From the NCBI GenBank assembly GCA_026770705.1, contig JANJGN010000022.1:21390001-21454000 (forward strand): a DNA stretch of 64,000 nucleotides. Reading direction: 5' to 3'. Below are positions 52,291 through 64,000 of the stretch, one piece after another. This DNA comes from Isurus oxyrinchus (lineage: Eukaryota). The position numbers were made by a program, and so were the translations under genes. Numbering within the stretch: position 1 is the stretch's first letter; the number at the start of each line of letters is the position of its first letter. The notes beneath the pieces are model-generated. The model searched no databases, had not been told where the DNA came from, and saw only the letters and a list, made by a program, of their open reading frames with translations.

Positions 52291-52331
52291 CTCTCCCACT
52301 CTTGTCTCTCCCACTCTTGTCTCTCCCACTC
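52291..52331. repeat. 15-bp tandem repeat ctctcccactcttgt x2.7
   Basis: Seen directly. Confidence 0.9.
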
Positions 52332-52994
52332 CCTCTTTACCAATTTCATTTTTTGAGCATATTTATCAATGGAACATCACTGCTCTTTTGTTAAAACTGT
52401 GCTCTCATGACATCATAAATTACTTTAGTTCATAGTTACAAAACAAAATGAAGTGACTTTTGAAAAATTCTGGCCTGTAACAGTTTTACTTGCACAATGA
52501 ACAGAATGCACAGTGCTAATCAATTCAGCATGTGGCTTTCTCCTTTATGAATCGTAGCTCAACAGAGCAGAATAAGAAATGAAACTGAAAACTCCACAGC
52601 TCCATAGTTGTACTCACAGGATTTGTATATATTGAATTACTTCATCCGTTTTGAGTCATTTATCTTTATCTTTCTGCTTTAGTACCCCTCACCAATGACA
52701 TGCACCTTTTTTAAGAGATGGACAGGCAATTTGCAGGCAGATGGTGTGTCCTTCCTTCCTGTAGAACAATATCTATAGTTTACTTGCTGTGGGGAATCAC
52801 AAACATGACCCCATTTCCTACCACATCTTTGCAAATGTATTAGATCATCTCACCAGAATTAACTGAGTGGCAAACACGTACTCTACTGTGAAATGTTGAT
52901 TGTATTAATAAGCCTTGAATTAAATTTAAGTCTTTACATTAACATGCTTATATCCCCCACTTCTCCCCCTTCCCCTTCTCACCCAACTAAAGAG

Positions 52995-53092
52995 GTATAG
53001 AGCAAATGCAGCTTAGGTACAAATCAGCCATGACCAAACTGCAAGGCAGAACAGGCATGAGGGGCTGATTAGCCTATTCCTGTTCCTTTGTT
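52995..53092 (+). mobile_element. CR1 3' tail fragment
   Basis: aatcagccatgacc...ggcagaacaggcatgaggggctga..agcctattcctgttcct. Confidence 0.75.
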
Positions 53093-53229
53093 TGCAAAAA
53101 TTATAAATTCTAAGTTATAAATTAAAATGAACAATTGTGTAGGTTTAAAAGTGTAGAGCAAAAACTCAGCTATCACTTTGTTTAGCAGAAAAAATGCTGA
53201 TTTTGTGTTTACTCTTTTCTCTAATGCAG

Positions 53230-53397
53230 ATGATGAAAAACATATGGATCATATAGTTCTATTAAACGTGATTAAAGAACAGCAAGAACAGCAGAAGCGA
53301 CTTTTAGACCAACAAGAGAAACTGTTAGCCGTCATTCAGGAACAACATAAGGAGATCCACCAGCAAAGGGCTGATGATGAGGACAAAGGACAGCAGG
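53230..53397 (+). CDS. SLC38A10: SLC38A10 exon encoding the conserved Gln-rich coiled coil
   Basis: tgcag acceptor, G|gtaaga donor, 168 nt; [40 protein letters not shown] nearly identical to recalled human sequence. Confidence 0.96.
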
Positions 53398-54368
53398 GTA
53401 AGAGTCATTATGAAGAACAGAATCAAACTAAGCAATGCTTTATCATACTGGGAATCGCTACTTCAATGGAGAGATTCATCAGGACATTCCTTAATCTGGA
53501 TCACTTTTACTGATTTATTTGATATGAGGGAAAAGATTGAGACCAACTACTCAACTTTTTATTGATGTCACATCAACTTGTCATCAAAGTTGCTTAATGC
53601 TATAAAAGAAGTGGCAGATTCCTTAGCATTAGAAATCAAAAGTAAACTTTACATTATACCCTGAATTTTTACCTTTTTTGATATATAGCTAGGTACTAAA
53701 ATATATTATACTACAATATATTTTCCTTTAAATAATCCATCATTAGTGTGTGAGCTTTATAAAATAAGCATAAAAGAGCTGTTCAGATTTGCAGTATATT
53801 ATTAGCTCTCAGTTGTATATTTCCCATGTGAATTCAGTGACATTTTTCTGTAAAAAGAGAAAAGAAAGGTAATCATCAATATTTGATAAACTGCAGTAAG
53901 TACATTGAACTAAGTACTTCATTACAATCAGTCTAATTTAAGAGGCATCTTAAAATATATAGTGATTACGCTAGCAATAATATTTCTTCATTATTGGCCA
54001 GTTCTGTGCATGATGTGATATAGTATCAATGCTTTATCACAGTTCTTGTATTCCTCATTCCCATCGTTTGTCATAACCACCACATCAAGATAGTCATGGA
54101 GGGAAGTATTAACACTTTGTAACATTATGACTATTCATAAGCATCTAAGTATCATACCCATGTTACCTTAAGTTCTATTGGAGCAAGATATATTTGAAAC
54201 ACTGTCTTGCACTTTTCACCATTTTAACCTTTTTGATTACCTCACAACCTTGCAATATGCTCCAGCTTAGCCATTATGTGGGCTCCTCAAATGTACACCA
54301 GTTTGGAATCCTTCTCTTGAAGTAGTATCTGCTCTGGTGATCATGAAGCATTTTTACTTTGTGACATA

Positions 54369-54538
54369 TTTGCTGAAGAAAGACATTTTGCTGAAGCTTT
54401 TTGTTTTGCACTCATCAGGACAATCACAAGAATACCAATGTCAAACCTTTGATTGTCCTGATGAGTGCAAGATGAAAAGCTTCAACAAAATGTCTTTTTT
54501 CAGCAACGCTTAAGTTCTATGCTACCAAATGACTATTA
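54369..54538. mobile_element. Palindromic Penelope family A mini-element with two opposed hammerhead motifs
   Basis: Inverted arms spanning 54370-54506; 8-bp TSD GTGACATA at 54361-54368 and 54539-54546. Confidence 0.85.
54453..54488 (+). ncRNA. Minimal type I hammerhead ribozyme motif (partly decayed)
   Basis: ttgtc CTGATGA gtgcaagat GAAA agct TC aacaa: core intact, with two CpG-type changes in stems I and II. Confidence 0.6.
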
Positions 54539-55564
54539 GTGACATAATCTTAAGCAATAGTTAGGTAATGGATATACATATAAAGGAACAATTATCTAAA
54601 GAAATAGTTTAAAAACTTCAGACTTTTTTGCCAGGGTAGATGTTATTGAACCAATGGAATTTGCTGAAGCAATGCATTATTACTAAAAAATGAAGACATT
54701 AGGTTTGAACTCAGTTTTAGGGAAAGCAAACAGTGTGCAATAAATTTTCTAAGGTGTAAGTGGTTAGTGGAGGACAATAGTCTAAGGGATAATGAGTAAA
54801 TTTGAATATGTTTGAAAGGTTTCTTTAAAAATACCACAAAATCTTACATGAGCCATCTATACCAATCAACTGAGGCTCTCAAAGATTAATTAATTATCTG
54901 CTGCTTCCCCAGCCACCTCCTGAAATCTCTAGCCATTCCTTGCTGTTTTAAGCCACACCTGAAATTTCCAACACGCCCCCCCCCCCAATTTAAATAGTTC
55001 TACAGCTTTAATCCCTGAGCAGATGAGTGTTTAGCAGTATTAATAGATGTTATTTATATGTACATGTACAGTCTTAAAATAGTTGCATCTAATTCTGTGT
55101 CTTTAAAAAAATATGCACAGGAAGGCTCCAAGACAATGGTACTTAAGTTGTGGAGCTGTACCAAGAGACTTCTGGAGATATTTTTTCTCCTTTAGCAGAG
55201 TCCCTTGAGGGACCATATGAGCTTTAAATTTGTATTGAAGAGCATAAATGAAGTGGCTGTTAGGATGTTTGAAAGAAACAAGGGGAGAAGATTTGGAGTT
55301 TAAGAAACTGAACTAAAATTAAGTCAACTAATATTGTAAACTTGTAGAATAAGCTGCCATCAAGTGCCATAAATATTGAATCTATTAAGTGTGCCAACAT
55401 ATAGCTTGCCAGATTCCTGGTTAAAAATGGAGCTATGAATGAAATAGACATTTCTAAGAATAAAGATGGAATCATATTGAGTTGCTTTGACCTTTTTCTC
55501 ATGCCTTGGCCTTTGTGTGTTTCTGTAAAACACTTGCATTACCCTTTTTTTTCTTACTTTATAG

Positions 55565-56793
55565 ATGGTGAAAACCCCGCGAAAGAACAGGCAGGTAAAG
55601 AAAATGAAGATCAAGTAAAAAATGTTGACCCTCTGAATGGGCAGAAGGCAGAGAAGCCTAATGCTGATTTCCAGGGTGACGCTCCTAAACTTGGTCAGGA
55701 TCTACCAGCAGCTGACCATGATAAGGATGGTGTTGAACCTAAAGATACTTTGCAACAAGCTCAGGGCAATGTCCCAGAAAACCAGGATCAAAATCATGAC
55801 TCCAAACAGGATGGTGAAATTGGAGCTAATGTCGAAGCTCTCAAAGTTGCCCCTCAGTCTAGAGATAAATTTAAAGAAGTCATCCAAAAAATTGGGACTT
55901 CAAACCTTTTCTCAAAGGGCAAGGAAGTTGAAAGGGTGGTGCCACAACCTGATGCTAAAGTCCCAAAAGTTGTCCAGCATGATGAAGGAGCAAAAGCTTC
56001 CCAAGAGCATGGGGTTAAAAATCCAAATGTTCCCTTGGAGAATGAGGTCAAAGTTGAAAGGGAAGGACCCGAAGCTGGAAATAGAAATCCAAATGTCCCA
56101 AATAATGGGGCCAAAGTCCCGAAGGTTTCTGAAGATCTCGGTATTAAAGCAAAATCAAAAGACGAAGTTCATAAGATTGATTCCAAAGTTGACACCAAAC
56201 CTTTAAAAGCTGAGCAAGTAGAAGAACATGGGAGTGACGAGAAGAATGGGAAAGTGAAAGTCAGGGATAGAGGTGCATTTCAGGAAAAGCCTAACCAGCC
56301 AGGTGGACATATTGAAGATGGGAAGGAAAAGATCCATTGGCCTGTGAATGCAGGTAAAGTTCAAGGAGGAAATTTTATTGACAGAGCACAAGAGCTTGAT
56401 GAAAGAAAAATTGAGGAAGATGTAATGAAAAGTCAGAGAAAAGAGAAGGTTTTAGATGAAAACATTGACCTTCAGCATATGGACCCAAATGCACCACCAA
56501 AACACAAGGAAAAGAATCCAAGCCAGAAGGATGGTGAACCATACAAAGATTTGAAACTTGATGGAGGTGGTGACCTTCGTAGAAGGAAGAGAGACTTAAG
56601 GTCAAGTATGGAAGAAAGCTATCAAGATGACAGTGGTAAATTGATCATCAGCCTTGATCCAGTGCCAAACTTTAAGACTGATAATCTCCGAAGTGCACTG
56701 GAGAGCCAACTGAAACAGGTAGCAGGAGCATCATTCCAGATAGTTCAGAGCCGAAAGATAAAGCAAGTGACAGATACAGAAAAAGATACGTGA
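55565..56793 (+). CDS. SLC38A10: SLC38A10 last coding exon
   Basis: tttttcttactttatag acceptor, open to TGA at 56791-56793; C-terminus DLKL...DLRRRKRDL...IISLDPVP...NLRSALESQLKQVAGASFQIVQSR matches recalled human DLKL...DLRRRRRDL...IIGLNPLP...DLRGALDAQLRQAAGGALQVVHSR. Confidence 0.96.
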
Positions 56794-57995
56794 TTCAACT
56801 AATCTGTTTTCCAACCCATCACATTTCTAGAAGAAGCCTATTTTGAAGTTTGAATAACATGTCTCCTGGATGGTATCAAGTTACCTTGGTGTCCTATATG
56901 CATCTTATACAGTGTCATGTCTGCATTGCATTGTGTGAACAAAACCCACTTAAAGCAGATGAATTCAATAGGACTTCAAGAAGAATTCTGAAATAACAGG
57001 CCAAAAGAATTCAGAGAAAAGCAAATAGTTATCAGAATTTAGTTACCTGCTGAAATAATGAATATTCTACAAGGAGATTAACCAATAACTCTACCTGCGT
57101 AGCTCAGTATACTACTTGTACTGAAAAGCTGATTACCATAAGGCATTGCACATCCAGGAAATTCTAAAGGAAGTGACTGTGAATTACAGGAAACTTCAGT
57201 TCCTGTCATTCTGTGCATCTGCAACCAGAAGCAACCAAGAATGAATGAAAATGACTTTGCTATTGGAATTCTGACAGTTAGATGTACCGTTGATTGTATG
57301 AAAGTCTGTTTCAAACATTGGAAATGCCATTACTAGTGTCTTCTTTTTCCTCTCAGGGCAACAAGCTGTTTCATTGTAAACAGTAGGCTTTTTGTTGTAT
57401 GGATTTCTAAATGGTTGTTCATTAGGGCAGTTGATTGTGTATTTTAATGTAAAGATTTATGCAGTTAATGCCTAATTTGTTTACATGTGTGTACGAGAAA
57501 CTCCTAGACCTACACGTTATAATGGCTGATTTTTTCAAAATTTGATTTCAAAGATTTCAACTTTTCCAGCTAAAATAAACCAACTCAGCACCTTTCATAT
57601 TTTATGCTTTAAAATATGGTCTGTTCTCTTAACTTTCAACATTAATTCTAATTAAGCACATTGAATTTTACTGGAGTTGCACCTTTAGTAATTTTGATAC
57701 TGTGAACCCTGACTAAATTATTCGACAATGTAATTTTTTGCACATATTCCATCTTAGGAGGGGTTAAAGGTGCAATATTTAATTGTGGCCCTTTCCCTAA
57801 TATTTTTGTACAGCGTACTCATAAACAAGACTGTATAAGTCATCTGTAAGTCCACAAAATGGAGACTAGTTAAGATCAGTGTACTTTTAAATAATCTAGA
57901 ATAAGGTCCTCTACGCAATGATTTTTCCCTCATGTTCATTTGTACAATACATTTTTATGTATTTTTTTTAATAAAGAATTAACTTTTTTTTAAAG
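56794..57995 (+). other. SLC38A10: SLC38A10 3' UTR (end approximate)
   Basis: Repeat-free AT-rich sequence after the stop; AATAAA at 57574 and 57970. Confidence 0.65.
57970..57975 (+). terminator. Likely main polyadenylation signal
   Basis: AATAAA preceded by TGTA motifs and a U-rich tract, followed by U-rich sequence. Confidence 0.65.
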
Positions 57996-60584
57996 TTGCC
58001 CTTATGAATTGACCTCCCAGTTTGGCTGCCATTTTTAATTGTAATTTGAAAACTTGGGTTCTCAAATCTGACTGATCATGAGATTCCACAGCTGTTCAAT
58101 GGAAATATGTAGCAGTTTCAGGATCAGTGATAAAACGTCAAGTGTCCACACCCACCCTGCAGAAATGCATTAAGGACAGGAGAGCAGATACCATTTTTTT
58201 AGGCAAAGGCAGGGAAGTAAATTTATATAAAAATATATAATAGAATGTATCTTAAAACATAATCATAGGTCTGCTGGAGTACATCACTGTTCAAATAATC
58301 CCATGCTGCTGGTGCCATCAAGTTATTCCCATTTAGAGGCTTCCCATAGATGTAATTTATTAATATATTAAAAAACAAACTACAAACATCTAATGTTGAA
58401 AGTAACCAGTTTATATAAACTCTGCACACTTGTAAATAATAGTATTAAAGCATATAGTATGATGCGTTCTCTGTAGGGCTAAGAATAGGTAGTAGGTTTT
58501 CAATTGCAGAACCGTCTTTGTTACAATGTCAATTTTATTTATGAAAATTGATCAGGTCAGAGGACCAGGTTATTGTAAATATCCAAATTAATGTGGCCTA
58601 AACATAGTCACTATTTGTGCAAACATTTTTAGGCCATTGACATTTTCCAATGACTCAACTTTCTAGCACATCACCAAATCAAAAACATAACCAGTAGCTG
58701 AATTTTTCTTGAAAAATATTTACGTCCTATTCATATTTAAATGTTATAATAGCTGGTATCTGGTCACTACCGGTGCTCTAAGGGATCAAAGGTTAAAATT
58801 GTCCATGTACCAATTATTGTTGTTATCTCTGTCTCATTTTAAATGTACTTTAAGTTGATGCATGTGTTTTTCGGTATTTATCTTGCAGCAATGTTACAAA
58901 ACTGTAGGGCATCTGTTATTATCATCAGACAGTTTTCTTTTACATGAAATTATATTCTGCACCATCTCCACAAAGAGGATGAGTCTGCACCTAGACCCTG
59001 GCTAATGCTGCTAAAGCTACCTGATGGGAGATGAGCTGTATTTGTTGCCTTAGCCTTTGGAGTTCCTTGTGTCCTGTAAATAAGTGCCTGAGTTCCACTT
59101 GATGCCTTCTCTCGAGGTCCAGCCAAGTTTTGTGAGCCCATCATATGGGGAGTGTAAACTATACTTCTAACTGCAGGTTTCAATAAGTACTGAAATCTAA
59201 TTCCCAAATGGTTCCTGGTATCAGTGATTGAAATGTCTGATTATTTATCACTTTTTCTATCCTTTTTGCTGTTAAAATGTTTTATTGCCTTCAAAATGCT
59301 GTATTGGGTTAAAGAATAATGAACACATTGATGAGGTCAAAAGTTAAAGGTCAAAACTTAGTCAAACTTCCAGTTTGTTGCCTCACCTGAATTTGGTAAA
59401 GTTTAGATAGTGTGTTTTTCCCAATCCTCTTAAAAGATGCTTACATTTTCATCCAACCATGCTTTTTTTAGAATTGTTTATAATTTACTGTACTATATAT
59501 TAAAAATTTTCTCCGAATGCTTGCAGTTAGGTCTTGTGTGAAATCGCAGTATCTGAAGCTGTATTCCTCAGTCAAGCTGATTCATCCTAAGTTAGATTTT
59601 CCTTCAACGAGTCATCCATCAGGTTTGAAATAAGGGGTGAATGTAGTTAAGTCCAAGAACCTACAAAATGAAACTAGATGATGGTGAAGGTGGGCTAAGC
59701 CATTGGCAGTTTAAGCTGGGGAAACATTACTGATGAGCTCAATCTAAAATAACATTCCAAATGAATATTAGCTACAGATGGAAAATGAAATGGAACATAT
59801 CTTGCAGATGCACTCTGTATTCTGTCGTCCTATTATAAATGGTTGGTTTAACAATAAAGTGCAATTAATAAAAACATCTGGTATGGATTTTTCTTCTTCA
59901 TATTTCATGGAATGTTGCTATTGGGTAGTAGCAAAAAAATATTACTATCTTATCACTGGATGAACTGTGGTTCACTGAGCAATTTTCATCTAATTAATTT
60001 GTAGTGTAAGAATAACATTAATAGCCAAACATGAAATAATCATATCTTATTCATGGTGTTGATGATAACAAACTTGCAGTTGTTACTTAGGAGTTACTTA
60101 TATAAATCCTATGCTATGCATTTTCATCCACATAGACCTAGCTATTCCTTAATTAAACATCACTGAAAATTTTAATGATTTGAAAGTCGTGTTTCCTGTC
60201 CACACCCAAGAGTGAAATAAAAGCAAAACTTTATTCTACACATTAAAAATTTCAATTGCTGGGTTTTTATTTTGGGGATGGTGAGGGGTGGGGTGGGACA
60301 GATGATTTCAAAAAGCATTTTGAAAGAAAAGTAATTGATTTGTTCATTCTTTTCTTGGCTGGTTCTCAACTGATCTCGAGATTGTCTATTTTCATAAATC
60401 GTTGGTCATTTCTCATTAGCTGTTTCAAGCTAATTTTGATTTGTACATACCCTGCCTTGTCACTTATTTACTACTGTACTAATTTGCACAAATCAACAAA
60501 GTGGTAACCACAACAGTGACAGGAAGAAACTGACACCTCCAGGATATTCATGCAGTATGTATTTTTAATATCTTTAATAAGATG

Positions 60585-60865
60585 GAACTTGTATTTGTAC
60601 AAAGCCTTTCGCAAGTTCTGGGCATTCCAAAACACTTCCTCGTCAAGTAATCACAGCTGTAATGCAAGAAATGTTACGTTAAAAAATTCCACAACACTGA
60701 GGGAAGATGTTTAATGTGTCTTTCATAAATCAGCACTTTGGACAGTATAGCATTCCCTCAGTACTGCACTGGAGTGCCCGTTTATGTGGTCATATCTGTG
60801 GAGTCACAACTCCACAGCTTTCGCACTCAGGCAAGAGTGCTGTCACAGCCAAGGCTGACACCTAA
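60585..60865 (-). mobile_element. tRNA-SINE, internally deleted
   Basis: aacttgtatttgtacaaagcctttc...cattccctcagtactgcactggagtg...gccaaggctgacac. Confidence 0.75.
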
Positions 60866-61959
60866 TTCCTGTACAATCTTTAAAAATCCTATATAAGCAC
60901 ATAATTCCATCTGCAAAAATCTTGACTCATAATTTTCTTGTCAATTTATTGCTATTATAACATATCCACTTTGAGAATGGAAGCAACCAATATAAACTTG
61001 CCACCCTTTTATCTGTAGTATAGTACTGCAGAGCAATCCTTATGTTGTAAATAATTCAGCTCCAATTGACAAATTTTACCATTTAAATATAAAGGTATGA
61101 AAGCAAAAGTTAAAAGCAGAACACAAGTTGAATATTATTCCTGCTTGTGAATGCCTAATTGTCTTCTGACCTCTAATCTTGCCACACCTGGGAACTGCAT
61201 TTGGTCTTGATGCCATGTAACATCAGAGTATTGACTTTCTTTTATTATGCAGATATAAATATATATAAAATGAGTCCAAATTTTGTGTCTCTAACTAATT
61301 TCCTGCTGTTCAGATTTCCAGCCAAGAGTCATGAAACACGTAATACGTTCACCACTATGGATGGGCATGTTGCAATGATATTCAAAGAACAGAAATATGT
61401 CATCTAATATGTTTTCCATCGTTTGACACAAAGAAATGCTGGTTGCAAGGGGTGCTTGTTAGGCCTCAGTGTTTTGTGCTCTTGGTGGAAAAGGTTTTCA
61501 ATTTTAAAGGCAGGGTGTGGCAGAGCCCAGTCATATCCTGTTTCCTATCTCTGTCAGCCAAGGAATTCATTGTGCACAGAAGATCTGGGCTCATTTTGTA
61601 GAAAGCATTATATATGGATAATAAAATTATTCAATATCCTGTGTAATTTCACAAGGGGTCAAGAGCAAATGTACAGTCGCTCTCTGACCTGTGCCAGATT
61701 CAGAAATTATTCTTTTTCAAACTCAATTTTGCTAGCAGCTTGGAAGACATTGACATAGGCCTGAAAGTCTCTGACCCCCATGCCAAAAATGCTCTACAAT
61801 TTGACAAAAGCTCAAGATCTTAGCCATATGTGTGTGTTCACATTGCAGTATCACCCTGATGCAGAGTAATAGTTGTGCTGCAGTTAAAAATACAGGCAAC
61901 TCATGTAATATCTCTCACCAATCTTTGTAACAATAATGAAGACTAACAATCTGAAAGAA

Positions 61960-62380
61960 AAAGGGAGAGCAATCGTCTCATCATGGGATCAGAATGTCTA
62001 AAGTAATTTTGATAATATTATTTTTAAAGTGTAGCCAATTTTTTGAGCAGACTGGCAGTCAACTGAACATAGCAACTGGGATGGGTGAGCAGTTAATCTG
62101 TTTCTTTTGTTTAGTAGTGGTAATTGAGGAATAATGGCTAGGCCACAGGAGAGCTCCTTGCTCATCTTTGAATTGCAGCATGGAATCCTTTGATTCCATC
62201 ACCTATAGGCAGGTGAGACATTGGATTTAACGTCTCATACAAAAATAAACAGCAGCTCCAGTAATACAGTACCTGAGTGAAGTGCCAGCCTAGATTATAT
62301 ACCGAGTTCCTGGAGTTAGGAGTTGAACCATTATTCAGAATTGAGAGTACAACTTTCTGATTCAGAGTGACCGTCAGAGA
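61960..62380 (-). mobile_element. Decayed tRNA-SINE
   Basis: gcatggaatccttt...tttaacgtctcat...gtgccagcctagattat...ggagttgaacc similar to 42570-43025. Confidence 0.65.
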
Positions 62381-63558
62381 TAAGTGAATGAGTGAATATT
62401 TCTTTTAAATTTGCAACACAGACTTTTCAAATGTGTACTGTAATCTTATGAGCTTCAACAATCTGTGAATGAAATATGCATGGTATGAGATAGTTTAAGC
62501 CAAAAGCATAAAGAATTTATCTGCATTGGCAGTGTTGCGAGAGGCTCATTAAAGAGGACCTATCCACTGTTTTCGCAACCTATATTTGAAAACTCTTCAG
62601 CATTTAGTCTTTGAAACTAGCAGCTGCAGAAAGTTTATATCATACTAGCGGATATTTCATGATCGTGAGGCTACCAAAAATATCTGAATGATGCGGAGGA
62701 CAGCAAATGATATTAACTCAAAGGATGCACTTTTATAACAAGGAAGATATAGGGCAGAATTTTATAGTCCGGCCCAAGTCAATGGGCTTATGAATGGCTC
62801 GCCGCATTTTGTGGACATGCCACCACCACCATGAATTCCGCTCAATGTATATTTTATTATTCCGCTAAAAGAGGCAGCAGACTTTCTAGCTGGACTGAGG
62901 TTAACAGTGGCATTTCAAAAAGCGTGTCTTAGTATTCTTGGGGACAATTATTAATGAATTATATCAAAGCTGACCTGCACCAACACCTCTACTAAGCGGA
63001 GATGAAGCAGGATTTTTGTAGGGCTAACAAGGGGCCAGAAAATGGAAGTGCGGCAGGCTCAAAAGAAGATTATTAATAGGAAATTGCCGAGTTACAACCA
63101 AGTGCTTGTGACTGAAAAATGTGACACAGGACTGAGCATTCTTAATAGGAAAACCCTATTATGATGCCACCTTTGGGACTTAGACGTATGAAGGTTTGAA
63201 CTTGATTAACAGTGAAATCTCCATGAGGAATGCTGCCAGATGATATGATATGATGATAGCAGTGGTGAAATATCAGTCACTTAAGATTTTGTAGCTTGCA
63301 GGTTATACAGTGTTTACTGAACAGAACATATCCTTATATATTGCTGGAAAGAAAGACATGTTGCCGAAGCTTTTTGCCTTGCACTCATCAGGACAAAAGC
63401 AAGAATGCCAAATTTCTAACTATCGCAACAACTTTTACTACTGTTTTATTGTTTGAAACTTGGCATTCTTGCATTTGTCCTGATGAGTGCAAGACAAAAA
63501 GCTTAAGCAACATGCCTCTCTTTTTAGCAATAGTCAAGTCCTGTACTACCAAACAACT

Positions 63559-63713
63559 TTTCTTGGACTCGAAATCAAGTTCTGTCGAAGGGTCATGAGG
63601 ACTCGAAACGTCAACTCTTTTCTTCTCCGCCGATGCTGCCAGACCTGCTGAGTTTTTCCAGGTAATTCTGTCTTTGTTTTGGATTTCCAGCATCCACAGT
63701 TTTCTTTGTTTTT
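63559..63713 (+). mobile_element. Young Penelope family B terminal element
   Basis: 6-bp TSD ACAACT at 63553-63558 and 63714-63719; several CpGs retained. Confidence 0.8.
63578..63616 (+). ncRNA. Minimal hammerhead-like motif with variant core
   Basis: agtt CTGTCGA a gggtc atgag gactc GAAAC GTC aact: stems I and II pair, ACGT palindrome replaces stem III, core has T in place of conserved A6. Confidence 0.6.
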
Positions 63714-63789
63714 ACAACTGTTTGTATATCCTTATGTCTAATTCCAACAACTTCATTTTGGGAGCAGTAGTTTATTTAAGAATTTATAA

Positions 63790-64000
63790 TCATGAGCTGC
63801 AATTATCAACTGCAAAGACACATGGGGTATAATGTGGGCAAATGTGAAATTGTTCATTTTGGCAGGAACAATAAAAAAAGAAGCTTATTATCTAAATGAT
63901 GAGAGATTGAGGTGCTCTGAGAGTCAGAGGGATCTGGGTATCCTAGTGCATGAATCACAAAAGGTTAGTATGATGGTATAGCAGGTAATTAGGAAAGCTA
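63790..64000 (+). mobile_element. CR1 LINE fragment running off the window
   Basis: YNVGKCEIVHFGRNNKK..YYLN.ERL...QRDLGILVHESQKVS is typical CR1 ORF2. Confidence 0.85.

Larger units (their letters stand above)
63338..63725. mobile_element. Palindromic Penelope family A mini-element containing a nested family B insert
   Basis: Inverted arms spanning about 63339-63532; 10-bp TSD ATATCCTTAT at 63328-63337 and 63726-63735. Confidence 0.85.

Noticed and set aside
54370-54506. Hairpin as a pre-miRNA or DNA-transposon MITE
   Set aside because: The arms match the Penelope terminal remnant at 19980-20024, and an asymmetric tail lies inside the TSD, which fits retroelement origin better
55435-55564. 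Upstream extension of the 452-aa ORF
   Set aside because: Intronic pyrimidine tract; the real exon starts at the acceptor at 55565
55637-56206. 189-aa overlapping alternative-frame ORF in the last exon
   Set aside because: Likely by-product of codon bias in the main frame; no independent start context or homology
58000-63300. Search for exons of a convergent neighbour such as NDUFAF8 on the minus strand, including ORF 58950-59207
   Set aside because: No exon with both convincing splice sites and a recognisable peptide was found

Overview
Eukaryotic, AT-rich, CpG-depleted vertebrate genomic DNA; the repeat families suggest a cartilaginous fish (shark), which is an inference. The + strand carries the 3' half of SLC38A10 (SNAT10, amino acid transporter): six coding exons (196-349, 48612-48767, 49961-50416, 52056-52193, 53230-53397, 55565-56793) that splice in frame to 766 aa, from the last TM helix to the stop, followed by a 3' UTR with poly(A) signals. 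The first intron seen is 48.3 kb. It holds a candidate alternative terminal exon (DGKNPI*, at 3457), several enhancer-like repeat-poor blocks, three probable solo LTRs and a ~10.7 kb nested transposon stack (CR1 hosting an LTR, Penelope, a MITE and an inverted RTE). Penelope-derived elements with minimal hammerhead-ribozyme motifs recur, including two short TSD-flanked palindromes with one ribozyme motif per strand (54369-54538, 63338-63725). Most short ORFs in the supplied track are noise or decayed retroelement fragments. No tRNA, rRNA or CRISPR was found.
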